Under the pieces are notes generated by a model, which saw nothing but the letters and a program-made list of their open reading frames with translations, had not been told where the DNA came from and did no database searches. From NCBI GenBank assembly GCA_050486505.1, contig JBJHDK010000051.1, forward strand, positions 1 through 17,348: a stretch of DNA of 17,348 nt, in the 5' to 3' direction. This document shows, piece by piece, positions 7,317-14,976 of this stretch; the stretch's first letter is position 1, and the number at the start of each line of letters is the position of its first letter. The stretch is from Fibrobacteria bacterium. GTDB taxonomy: Bacteria > Fibrobacterota > Fibrobacteria > UBA11236. Made by a program: the position numbers and the translations under genes.

Positions 7317-8719
7317 CGCTGCCGCAGTTGGCCGCGGAACTGGGCACCCGGCTGGTCGGTTCTCGTCCCCCGCGCCGAAGGGTGGATGTTTGCACCGACT
7401 CCCGCACGTTGCGACCTGGTCAAGTGTATTGGGCGTTGCGGGGAGAAAATTTCGACGGGCACGCGTTTGTTGCCGAATGTTTTAAAAAGGGAGGGCTAGC
7501 CGCCGTGGTGGAACAAGAATGGCTTGAACAGAACCCCCTCGCGCCGGGGGAAGAAGGCGTATACGTTCCGATCGGCGACGCCCAGGATGCCCTCACCCGG
7601 CTGGCGCGTTCGTACGCCGCCCGTTTCCGCATTCCCAAGATCGCGGTGACGGGCAGCAACGGAAAGACGACCACGAAAGACATGATCGCGGCGGTGTTGC
7701 GCCGTGCGGGCCGCGTCCTTGCGACGGAAGGCAACCGCAACAATCATGTCGGCCTGCCGCTGACGCTCTTCGGGCTGCGATCCTCGCATCGGTACGCCGT
7801 GCTGGAGCTTGGCATGAACCATCCCGGCGAGATCCGCGCGCTTAGCGAGACGGCCGGCCCTTCCATGGCGGTGGTGACCAACATCGGCTGGGCCCACGTC
7901 GAGCATTTCAACGGTCGCCGCGAGGGCGTGCGTGACGAGAAGCTTTCCATCATCGCGGGGTTTCCCAAAGGGAAAGGAACCTTGTTCCTCAATGTCGACG
8001 ACCCCTTGTTGTGCAACTTCCGCCCCCCTGCCGGGGTGAAGCTCGCGACGTTCGGGATTCATCGCGGCCGCGTGCGTCCCGACGGGCTTCGCCTCGACGC
8101 CGAAGGCTGTGCGGAGTTTCGTGTCGGCCGCACCCTCTTCCGCCTTCCGTTGCCCGGTCTTCACAACGTCTACAACGCGCTCGCGGCGATCGCAGTCGGT
8201 CTGCAATTGCGCGTTCCGAAGTCGGAGATCGCCGCCGCGCTGGCTTCCTTCGTGGGGCCGCGGCATCGCATGCAAGTGCGGACGCTGCGCGGAATCACGG
8301 TGCTTGACGATTGCTACAACGCCAACCCTTCTTCGGTGCGTTCGGCCCTCGCGACGCTTGCCGCCCGCGAAACCGCGGGACGCAGGGTCGCCGTGCTCGG
8401 GGACATGCTTGAACTGGGCGTCGACGCGGAGCGCCTGCACGCGGAAACCGGGCACTACCTCATGGAGACGGGAGTGGATGCCCTGTTCAGTTTCGGTGCC
8501 ATGAGCCGCCACATCAACCAGGGTGCGCGCGTGAAGGGTATGTCCCGCACGGCGGCCCGCCATTATTCCGATCTCGATCTCATGGTGTCCGATCTTGTCG
8601 CATTCCTGAAGCCCGGTGACACCGTGCTGATCAAGGGTTCGCGCGGCATGCGCCTTGAGCGTGTCTTCGAGGGGCTGCGCGGGGCCTTGCGCAAACCCGT
8701 CGCCGCGGAGAGGGATTGA
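7307..8719 (+). CDS. murF: UDP-MurNAc-tripeptide:D-Ala-D-Ala ligase MurF
   Basis: TDSR, GENFDGHAF, AVTGSNGKTTTKDM, GNRNNHVGLPLTL, ELGMNHPGEI, DDCYNANP, LGDMLELG, KGSRGMRLE. GGAGG RBS at 7298-7302 before ATG 7307. Confidence 0.97.
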   Translation: MELTLPQLAAELGTRLVGSRPPRRRVDVCTDSRTLRPGQVYWALRGENFDGHAFVAECFKKGGLAAVVEQEWLEQNPLAPGEEGVYVPIGDAQDALTRLARSYAARFRIPKIAVTGSNGKTTTKDMIAAVLRRAGRVLATEGNRNNHVGLPLTLFGLRSSHRYAVLELGMNHPGEIRALSETAGPSMAVVTNIGWAHVEHFNGRREGVRDEKLSIIAGFPKGKGTLFLNVDDPLLCNFRPPAGVKLATFGIHRGRVRPDGLRLDAEGCAEFRVGRTLFRLPLPGLHNVYNALAAIAVGLQLRVPKSEIAAALASFVGPRHRMQVRTLRGITVLDDCYNANPSSVRSALATLAARETAGRRVAVLGDMLELGVDAERLHAETGHYLMETGVDALFSFGAMSRHINQGARVKGMSRTAARHYSDLDLMVSDLVAFLKPGDTVLIKGSRGMRLERVFEGLRGALRKPVAAERD

Positions 8720-8722
8720 CGC

Positions 8723-9934
8723 ATGGCCAGGAAGGGAATCCGCTTCGACGTACCGCTGTTCCTGGGCGTGCTCGCCCTGGTCGGGTTCGGTGTCGTCCTC
8801 ATCTACAGCTCCTCGGCGCCTTACGCCGAGAGCCGCGGGCTTCCCGATTCGTTTTTCCTGGCCCAGCATGTCAAGAAGGTCCTGATCGGCTTGATCGCCC
8901 TGCTGGTGGGAATGCTGGTGCCCTACCGCTTCTGGCAGAAGTGGTCGCTGCCGCTCGTGCTGTTGTGCATGGTATTGCTGGCGGCGATCTTCGTGACGGG
9001 CGCGGATCGCATTCATGGGGCGCGTCGCTGGTTCACCATCGCCAGCTTCGGCCTGCAACCTTCCGAACTCGCGAAGCTGGCTTTGATCTTTTATCTCGCG
9101 GGCCGCCTCACCGCCCGCGCGGCCGAGATGCACAGCCTCCGCCGCGGGCTCCTCGGTTCCACATGGATCGTTCTCATCGCCTTCGGACTGATCGTGCTGC
9201 AGCCCAACTACAGCACGGCCCTGCTCGTATTGCTGATCACCTCGGCAATGGTGTTCGCGGGCGGGGCGCGCATCGCCCATCTCGTCATGCTGTGCGCCGT
9301 CGCGCTTCCTGCGCTCCTGCTGGTGATGCTGTCGCAACCGTATCGCATGCGGCGCGTGCTCGCCTTTCTCAATCCCGACGCGAATCCGGCCAGTGCCTAT
9401 CAGGCCGAGCAGGCGCTGATCAGTCTGGGCAATGGAGGGCTGCTCGGCACCGGGTTGGGGAACGGTACCCAGAAACTCGGATACCTCCCCATGCCCTTCA
9501 CCGATTTCGTCTACGCCATCCTGGGAGAAGAGCTGGGGCTTTTCTTCGGGACCTTGCCCGTCCTGATCCTGTTCGGGCTGGTGATTTGGAGGGGATTGGT
9601 GATCGCCCGCGGATGCAACGATCGCTTCGGCAGCCTGCTCGCCACCGGCCTTGTCGCGTCGCTGGCCTTCAGCGCGCTGCTGCACATGGCCGTGAACACC
9701 GGGCTGATTCCCGTGACGGGACAGCCGCTCCCCTTCGTTTCCTATGGCGGCACTTCCCTGGTCGCCCAGTTGCTCGGCATGGGAATCCTGCTCAACATCA
9801 GCGGCTCCGTCACCTCCGCGCCCGTCCCCGCGCCCCAAACGGGGGGCGGGTGGCGGCCCGCGCGCCGGGCCACGCCATTGCGTCCGTTCACCCCGACCCC
9901 GCGGGCGGGCCGTGCCGCCGGAGGCCGCGCATGA
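8723..9934 (+). CDS. ftsW: SEDS-family peptidoglycan glycosyltransferase FtsW
   Basis: Polytopic hydrophobic protein with IYSSS, GARRW, LQPSELAKL, YRMRR, YQ..QALI..GNGG..G.GLGNG.QK..YLP..FTDF, GEELG, PVTGQPLPFVSYGGTS; dcw context. Confidence 0.96.
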   Translation: MARKGIRFDVPLFLGVLALVGFGVVLIYSSSAPYAESRGLPDSFFLAQHVKKVLIGLIALLVGMLVPYRFWQKWSLPLVLLCMVLLAAIFVTGADRIHGARRWFTIASFGLQPSELAKLALIFYLAGRLTARAAEMHSLRRGLLGSTWIVLIAFGLIVLQPNYSTALLVLLITSAMVFAGGARIAHLVMLCAVALPALLLVMLSQPYRMRRVLAFLNPDANPASAYQAEQALISLGNGGLLGTGLGNGTQKLGYLPMPFTDFVYAILGEELGLFFGTLPVLILFGLVIWRGLVIARGCNDRFGSLLATGLVASLAFSALLHMAVNTGLIPVTGQPLPFVSYGGTSLVAQLLGMGILLNISGSVTSAPVPAPQTGGGWRPARRATPLRPFTPTPRAGRAAGGRA

Positions 9935-11301
9935 GACCCTCCGCGCGCTTGCGCCACTTGCATTTCACCGGGATCGGCGGATCCGGAATGAGCGCGCTCG
10001 CGGAGTTGCTGCACGCATCGGGTTTCTCCGTGCGCGGATCCGACCGCGCCGGGGGGGATGCGCAGGACAGGCTGCGCGCCCTGGGGATTCCGGTGCTATC
10101 CGGCCATGATGCGTCCCATATCGCCACCGACTGTGACGCCCTTGTTTTCTCCGCAGCGATCGACCCGTCGAATCCCGAGCTGGAAGAAGCGCGCCGCCGC
10201 GGTATTCCCTTGGTGCGCCGCGCCGACCTTCTTGGCATGGTGCTGTCACGCCACCACGGACTCGCCGTCGCGGGCACCCACGGCAAGAGCACCACCACGG
10301 GCATGCTGATTCACATACTGCTCGCCGCAGAAACAGATCCCGCCTGGGCCGTCGGCGCGGCGTGGAAGGACGGCGATCCCGGTCATGCTGGCACCGGGGA
10401 CTTCTTTGCGGTCGAGGCGGACGAATATGACCGTGCCTTTCTTTCGCTGCATCCCGTCTCGGCGCTCGTCACCAACATCGACGCGGATCATCTCGACTAT
10501 TACGGGACGCTTGCCGCCATCGACGATGCCTTCGCCGCATTCCTCGACCGCCTTCCGTTTCATGGCGTCGCCGTGCTGAACGCAGAGGATCCCGGCTGCC
10601 GTCGCGTCATGGAGCGCCTGACCTGCCGGGTGCGCACGTTCGGGTTCGCCGCAGGGGATTACCAAGCGCGGGAGACCGGAACGGAAGGGGGGGGCTCCAC
10701 GTTCACGCTTTTGCGGAACGGGGAATCGCTGGGACGCGTCTCCCTCAAGGTTCTCGGTGAGCACAACATCTCCAACGCGCTGGCCGCGGCGGCGCTCGCA
10801 ATGGAGGAAGGCGTTGCGTTCGCCGCCGTCGCGCGGGGACTGGCCGCGTTTCCCGGCATGCGTCGTCGCCTCGAGACGGTGGGCAGGCGCGGGGACGTCA
10901 CGGTTGTCGATGATTACGCCCATCACCCCTCCGAAGTTTCGGCCGCGCTGCGCGCGGCCCGGTTGGCCGTCCCCGGAAAGCTTGCGGTGATCTTCCAACC
11001 CCACCTCTACTCGCGCACGCGACAGTTCGCGTCGGAGTTTGCCAAGGCGTTTCTTGCCAGTGACCACCTCGTCGTGCTGCCCGTCTATGCGGCCAGGGAG
11101 GCCCCCATTCCGGGGGTCGAAGGAGACCTGATCGTTCGCGAGGCGAGGCGGCTCGGTCATGCGTCGGCGCATTTCGCGGGCACTCGCGACGAAGCCATAC
11201 GGGCCGCGACCGGCATGCTCGGGCCGGGAGACGCATGTCTCACCATGGGCGCGGGTGACGTGGGAGAACTCGGAACTGCCGTGCTGGAGGCCCTCTCATG
11301 A
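9931..11301 (+). CDS. murC: UDP-N-acetylmuramate:L-alanine ligase MurC
   Basis: HFTGIGGSGMSALA, AVAGTHGKSTTT, EADEYD, TNIDADHLDYY, DDYAHHPSE, FQPHLYSRT, MGAGDV. The true start is ATG 9931 (GGAGG at 9920-9924, ATGA overlap with ftsW), not 8716 as in the ORF track. Confidence 0.96.
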   Translation: MRPSARLRHLHFTGIGGSGMSALAELLHASGFSVRGSDRAGGDAQDRLRALGIPVLSGHDASHIATDCDALVFSAAIDPSNPELEEARRRGIPLVRRADLLGMVLSRHHGLAVAGTHGKSTTTGMLIHILLAAETDPAWAVGAAWKDGDPGHAGTGDFFAVEADEYDRAFLSLHPVSALVTNIDADHLDYYGTLAAIDDAFAAFLDRLPFHGVAVLNAEDPGCRRVMERLTCRVRTFGFAAGDYQARETGTEGGGSTFTLLRNGESLGRVSLKVLGEHNISNALAAAALAMEEGVAFAAVARGLAAFPGMRRRLETVGRRGDVTVVDDYAHHPSEVSAALRAARLAVPGKLAVIFQPHLYSRTRQFASEFAKAFLASDHLVVLPVYAAREAPIPGVEGDLIVREARRLGHASAHFAGTRDEAIRAATGMLGPGDACLTMGAGDVGELGTAVLEALS

Positions 11302-12065
11302 CTCTGAAGCGCATGCGCAAGAAACGCAAGGCGTTGCGCAGCGTCCCGGGGGCGCGGCGCAAGCTGGCGCGGCGTTTCCTGAAACTCGCGACGATTGCCC
11401 TGATCGTCGTGATGATGCTGATGATGGCCGGGCGTTCGTATTTGCGGGGCGGGTTGTTGACCGTGACGCGCATCGAAGTAGCGGGAAACGTGCACTGGGA
11501 TGCATCGCGATTGCTGGAACGGGCGGGCGTGGAGACCGGCGGCCGGCTGCACGAGGTGCCCTTCCGCGGCGCCCGCAGGGCGCTGGTCGGGCTACCCGGC
11601 ATCGAGTCCGCATCGGTCCGTTACCTCCCGGGCGGAACGCTGAGGCTCCATGTGCGCGAAGCCGCGGTGGTGGCGATGCGCCGTGACGGTCGCGGCTGGC
11701 AGGGCCTGACGCGCGACGGGAGTTGGCTGCAACTCGACGACACCGTGGCCGAAGACGTTCCGGTGCTGGAGGCGAAAGGCATTCCGGCCGGCAACGTCGC
11801 GCGTTTGGGAGCGTTTCTCGCCGAAGTGCGGGATGCGCATCCGGATCTTTATGCGGGCTTCGCGCAAATCTCCGTGCGTCCCGGATCTGGACACGAGGCA
11901 CTCGTGTACTGGCGCGACGGACGGTTGCGCCTGAGGGTCGACTATGCCTCGCAGGCCTCTCTTTCGTTGGCACTGTTCCGGGAGTTGCTGCGTGGCGAAA
12001 GCGCGTCGTGGCGGCCGGGATCGACGGTTGATCTCAGGGTGGAGGGATATGCATATGTCAGGTAG
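11298..12065 (+). CDS. ftsQ: Cell division protein FtsQ/DivIB
   Basis: Basic cytoplasmic N-terminus, single TM, POTRA-like segment (VTRIEVAGN...LPGIESASV..LPGGTLRLHVRE), C-terminal VDLR motif; directly before ftsA. Confidence 0.88.
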   Translation: MTLKRMRKKRKALRSVPGARRKLARRFLKLATIALIVVMMLMMAGRSYLRGGLLTVTRIEVAGNVHWDASRLLERAGVETGGRLHEVPFRGARRALVGLPGIESASVRYLPGGTLRLHVREAAVVAMRRDGRGWQGLTRDGSWLQLDDTVAEDVPVLEAKGIPAGNVARLGAFLAEVRDAHPDLYAGFAQISVRPGSGHEALVYWRDGRLRLRVDYASQASLSLALFRELLRGESASWRPGSTVDLRVEGYAYVR

Positions 12066-12083
12066 GTCGAGCGTAGTGTTGTC

Positions 12084-12128
12084 GGGCGAACCGGCGGTTC
12101 GCCCATACCTTCCTGCGATGTCGCAGGA
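12084..12128. repeat. Two adjacent perfect inverted repeats in the ftsQ-ftsA spacer
   Basis: GGGCGAACCG-g-CGGTTCGCCC (12084-12104) and TCCTGCGA-tg-TCGCAGGA (12111-12128); neither is followed by a U-tract. Confidence 0.7.
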
Positions 12129-12178
12129 TCGTAAGGGCGAGGCGTGGCCTCACCCGGAAGAAAATCGGAGGACAATCC

Positions 12179-13414
12179 ATGGGTAATCCCATCGTGGGTC
12201 TTGACATCGGCACCACCAAGATCGGGGTCATCATCGGGGAACCCGGCGCCGACGGCGGTCTCAAGATCGTCGGCGTCGGCTCGAGTCCCAGCGACGGGCT
12301 GCGCAAGGGCGTCGTCATCAATATCGACAAGACGGTGAAGTCGATCCAGAAAGCCGTCGAGGAAGCCGAACTGATGGCGGGCGTCGAGGTTGACTCGGTC
12401 TACGTGGGAATCGCGGGAGACCACATCAAGTCCATCAACAGCCGCGGGGTCATCGCCGTCTCGCGTTCCGACAACGAAATCACTGCACCCGATGTCGAGC
12501 GCGTGATCGAGGCCGCCCGGGCGGTTGCGATTCCTCTCGACCGCGAGATGCTGCACGTCATCCCGCAGGACTTCGTGGTCGATGAGCAGTCGGGGATCAA
12601 GGATCCCGTCGGCATGTCGGGTGTCCGCCTCGAGGGGGATGTCCACATCGTCACCGGGGCGATCACCTCGGTGCAGAATCTGCAGAAAAGCGTGGAGAAG
12701 GCGGGATTGCGCGTTGCGGGCATCGTCCTCGAGCCGCTGGCATCTTCGTATGCGGTGCTGGAAGACGACGAGCGGGAACTCGGCTGCGCCGTGATCGATA
12801 TCGGGGGCGGCACGACCGACCTGATCGTCTTCATCGAGGACAGCGTGCGTCACACCGCAAGCATCGGGCTCGGGGGGCGCAACGTCACCAACGATTTGGC
12901 CATCGGCATCCGCACTCCGCTCGAGCGCGCGGAGGAAATCAAGCGCGCCTGGGGGACATGCCTGCGAGCAGGGGCTGATGCAGAGGAGTATATCCCGGTT
13001 CCCGGCGTCGGCGGGCGCGAGCATCGCGAGGTCAGCCGGGCCGTGGTCGCGTCCATCATCGAGCCCCGGATGCGCGAGATCTTCACGCTCGCGCTGCGCG
13101 AACTGCAGAAGAACCATTACCTCGACATGCTCGGCGCGGGCATCATCCTGACCGGGGGCTGTTCCATGCTCAACGGCGCATCCGAACTGGCCGAGCAGGT
13201 TTTCGGGATGCCCGTCAAGGTCGCGGCACCCAAGGGAATGGGCGGCCTCGTCGATGCGGTGGCGACTCCCGTGCATGCAACCGGCGTGGGTCTGGTACAG
13301 TATGGCATGCTGCGCCGCGCCGAAGGCAAGGAGGAGAAGGCTTCCATCCCCGGAGGCGACCGCCTTCGGGAGTTCTGGAGAAAGGTCTACGAATGGTTTC
13401 GTCAGTACGTGTAG
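12179..13414 (+). CDS. ftsA: Cell division protein FtsA
   Basis: GLDIGTTKI, GLRKGVVINI, GIAGDHI, DPVGMSGVRLE, DIGGGTTD, GGRNVTNDLA, LTGGCS, C-terminal amphipathic helix FWRKVYEWFRQYV. GGAGG RBS at 12167-12171. Confidence 0.98.
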   Translation: MGNPIVGLDIGTTKIGVIIGEPGADGGLKIVGVGSSPSDGLRKGVVINIDKTVKSIQKAVEEAELMAGVEVDSVYVGIAGDHIKSINSRGVIAVSRSDNEITAPDVERVIEAARAVAIPLDREMLHVIPQDFVVDEQSGIKDPVGMSGVRLEGDVHIVTGAITSVQNLQKSVEKAGLRVAGIVLEPLASSYAVLEDDERELGCAVIDIGGGTTDLIVFIEDSVRHTASIGLGGRNVTNDLAIGIRTPLERAEEIKRAWGTCLRAGADAEEYIPVPGVGGREHREVSRAVVASIIEPRMREIFTLALRELQKNHYLDMLGAGIILTGGCSMLNGASELAEQVFGMPVKVAAPKGMGGLVDAVATPVHATGVGLVQYGMLRRAEGKEEKASIPGGDRLREFWRKVYEWFRQYV

Positions 13415-13466
13415 GCAATACCCGGTCATCATCGCCAAGTAAACAACACAGGAAAAGGAGCAACTC

Positions 13467-14816
13467 ATGATGTTTGCACTCGATCACAACCAGAAAACGG
13501 TCGCCAAGCTCAAGGTGATCGGCATCGGCGGCGCGGGGGGGAATGCGGTCAACCGCATGATCCAGTCCGGGCTGCAAGGCGTGGAGTACATCGTGCTCAA
13601 CACCGACGCGATGGCGCTCGAGCGCAACCAAGCGGAGTTGAAGCTGCAGATCGGCTCGAAACTCACCCAAGGGCTGGGCGCGGGCGCCGACCCGCAGGTC
13701 GGCATGCGATCGATGCAGGAAGACCTGGATCGCCTGCGCGATCATCTCGAGGGCGCGGACATGGTGTTCATCGCCGCGGGCATGGGCGGCGGAACCGGCA
13801 CGGGAGGCGCGCCGGTGGTGGCGCAACTCGCCCGTTCCATGGGCATCCTGACGGTGGCCGTGGTCACGAAGCCGTTCCAGTGGGAAGGCAAGCCGCGCGA
13901 GAAGAAGGCGCATGCGGGGCTGGAGGCGCTGCGGGAGGCGGCCGACACCGTCATCGTGGTTCCCAACCAGAAGCTGCTTTCCGTCGTCGAGAAGGGCACT
14001 CCACTGCGTCAGGCGTTCACCATCGCCGACGAGGTGCTCAGCTCCGCGACGCGTGGCATCTCCGAGATCATCCTCGGCTACGGCGAGATCCAGGTCGACT
14101 TCGCCGACGTGCGCGCCATCATGTCCCACGGGGGCGATGCCCTCATGGGAACGGGCCGGGCCTCGGGCGAGAACCGCGCAACCATCGCCATGGATCGCGC
14201 CATCCATTCGCCCTTGCTCGAGAACGTGAACATCGCGGGCGCCACCGGCGTCGTGGTGAACTTCTCGGGGGGAGAGGATATGTCCCTCACCGAGATCGAC
14301 GAAGCGATGAACTCGCTCTACGCGGCGGTCGGGGGCGAGGGCGAGGCCAACATCATCTTCGGGACGGTGATCAATCCCGAGATCAAGGACGAGATCGCCG
14401 TTACGGTGATTGCGACCGGGTTCGGGACGAAGCATCCCGTGCGTCCCGCGACCGACTCAGGCGCCGTGCAGGCTCCCGCACAGCACGTCCCCTTCCGTCC
14501 CGCACCGGGCGCGCGTCCCGCGGAGGCACTTCCTGCAGCGGATGCCGGGCGTTCGCTGATGCCCCGTGCGCCCGAACGCGTGACGAGGATCGAGCGTGTC
14601 GAGCGGGTGGAGCGTGTCGAAGACGTCTCCGGCACCGGAAAGGTTCCCTTCGGAGCGCCCCGTCAGCCCGAGGAAGCCAGGCAGTCCGCGCATGAGACGG
14701 CGGCAGCGGCAAACCGCGGAAACAACCTTCTCAACGGGTTGTTCGGTGGCAAGGCCGATATCGAGCCTGATATCGACTACGAGACGCCCGCGTTTCTGCG
14801 CAACCAGGCGGATTGA
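13467..14816 (+). CDS. ftsZ: Cell division GTPase FtsZ
   Basis: GIGGAGGNAVNRM, NTD, GLGAGADP, tubulin signature GMGGGTGTG, VTKPF.WEG, DFADV, VTVIATG, long linker and C-terminal core DYETPAFLR. AAGGAG RBS upstream. Confidence 0.98.
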   Translation: MMFALDHNQKTVAKLKVIGIGGAGGNAVNRMIQSGLQGVEYIVLNTDAMALERNQAELKLQIGSKLTQGLGAGADPQVGMRSMQEDLDRLRDHLEGADMVFIAAGMGGGTGTGGAPVVAQLARSMGILTVAVVTKPFQWEGKPREKKAHAGLEALREAADTVIVVPNQKLLSVVEKGTPLRQAFTIADEVLSSATRGISEIILGYGEIQVDFADVRAIMSHGGDALMGTGRASGENRATIAMDRAIHSPLLENVNIAGATGVVVNFSGGEDMSLTEIDEAMNSLYAAVGGEGEANIIFGTVINPEIKDEIAVTVIATGFGTKHPVRPATDSGAVQAPAQHVPFRPAPGARPAEALPAADAGRSLMPRAPERVTRIERVERVERVEDVSGTGKVPFGAPRQPEEARQSAHETAAAANRGNNLLNGLFGGKADIEPDIDYETPAFLRNQAD

Positions 14817-14847
14817 GCGGACGCAACCTTCCTCACACTTTTCAGGG

Positions 14848-14878
14848 CGCGGGGATCTTCGGATCCCCGCGTTTTTTT
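14848..14878 (+). terminator. Rho-independent terminator of the dcw operon
   Basis: Perfect 10-bp stem CGCGGGGATC-TTCG-GATCCCCGCG with a C(UUCG)G tetraloop, followed by T7, 31 nt after the ftsZ stop. Confidence 0.93.
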
Positions 14879-14976
14879 ATTGGTGACGTTGCATTTTGTT
14901 GGGCCGGGAAACATGCAAGGCAACCCGGACGTTTTTCCAGGCGTTTCTTCGGAACATTCGCGGTAAATTTGCACCC

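Noticed and set aside
7496..9838. Long minus-strand ORFs (780 aa here; also 2637-3680, 3970-5280, 11942-13468, 13215-14435, 14842-15891)
   Set aside because: Antisense shadows of well-supported GC-rich genes, with no recognisable motifs.
8716..9930. 861-aa ORF suggesting a 405-aa N-terminal extension of MurC or an FtsW-MurC frameshift fusion
   Set aside because: The extension is the -1 shadow frame of ftsW, where stops need T at codon position 3, which is rare at high GC3. The translation is Arg/Pro-rich noise, and murC has its own RBS and ATG at 9931.
9802..9934. Pro/Arg/Ala-rich FtsW tail as a murG remnant
   Set aside because: No MurG GGTGGH motif is evident in the translations provided; low-complexity FtsW tails are common.
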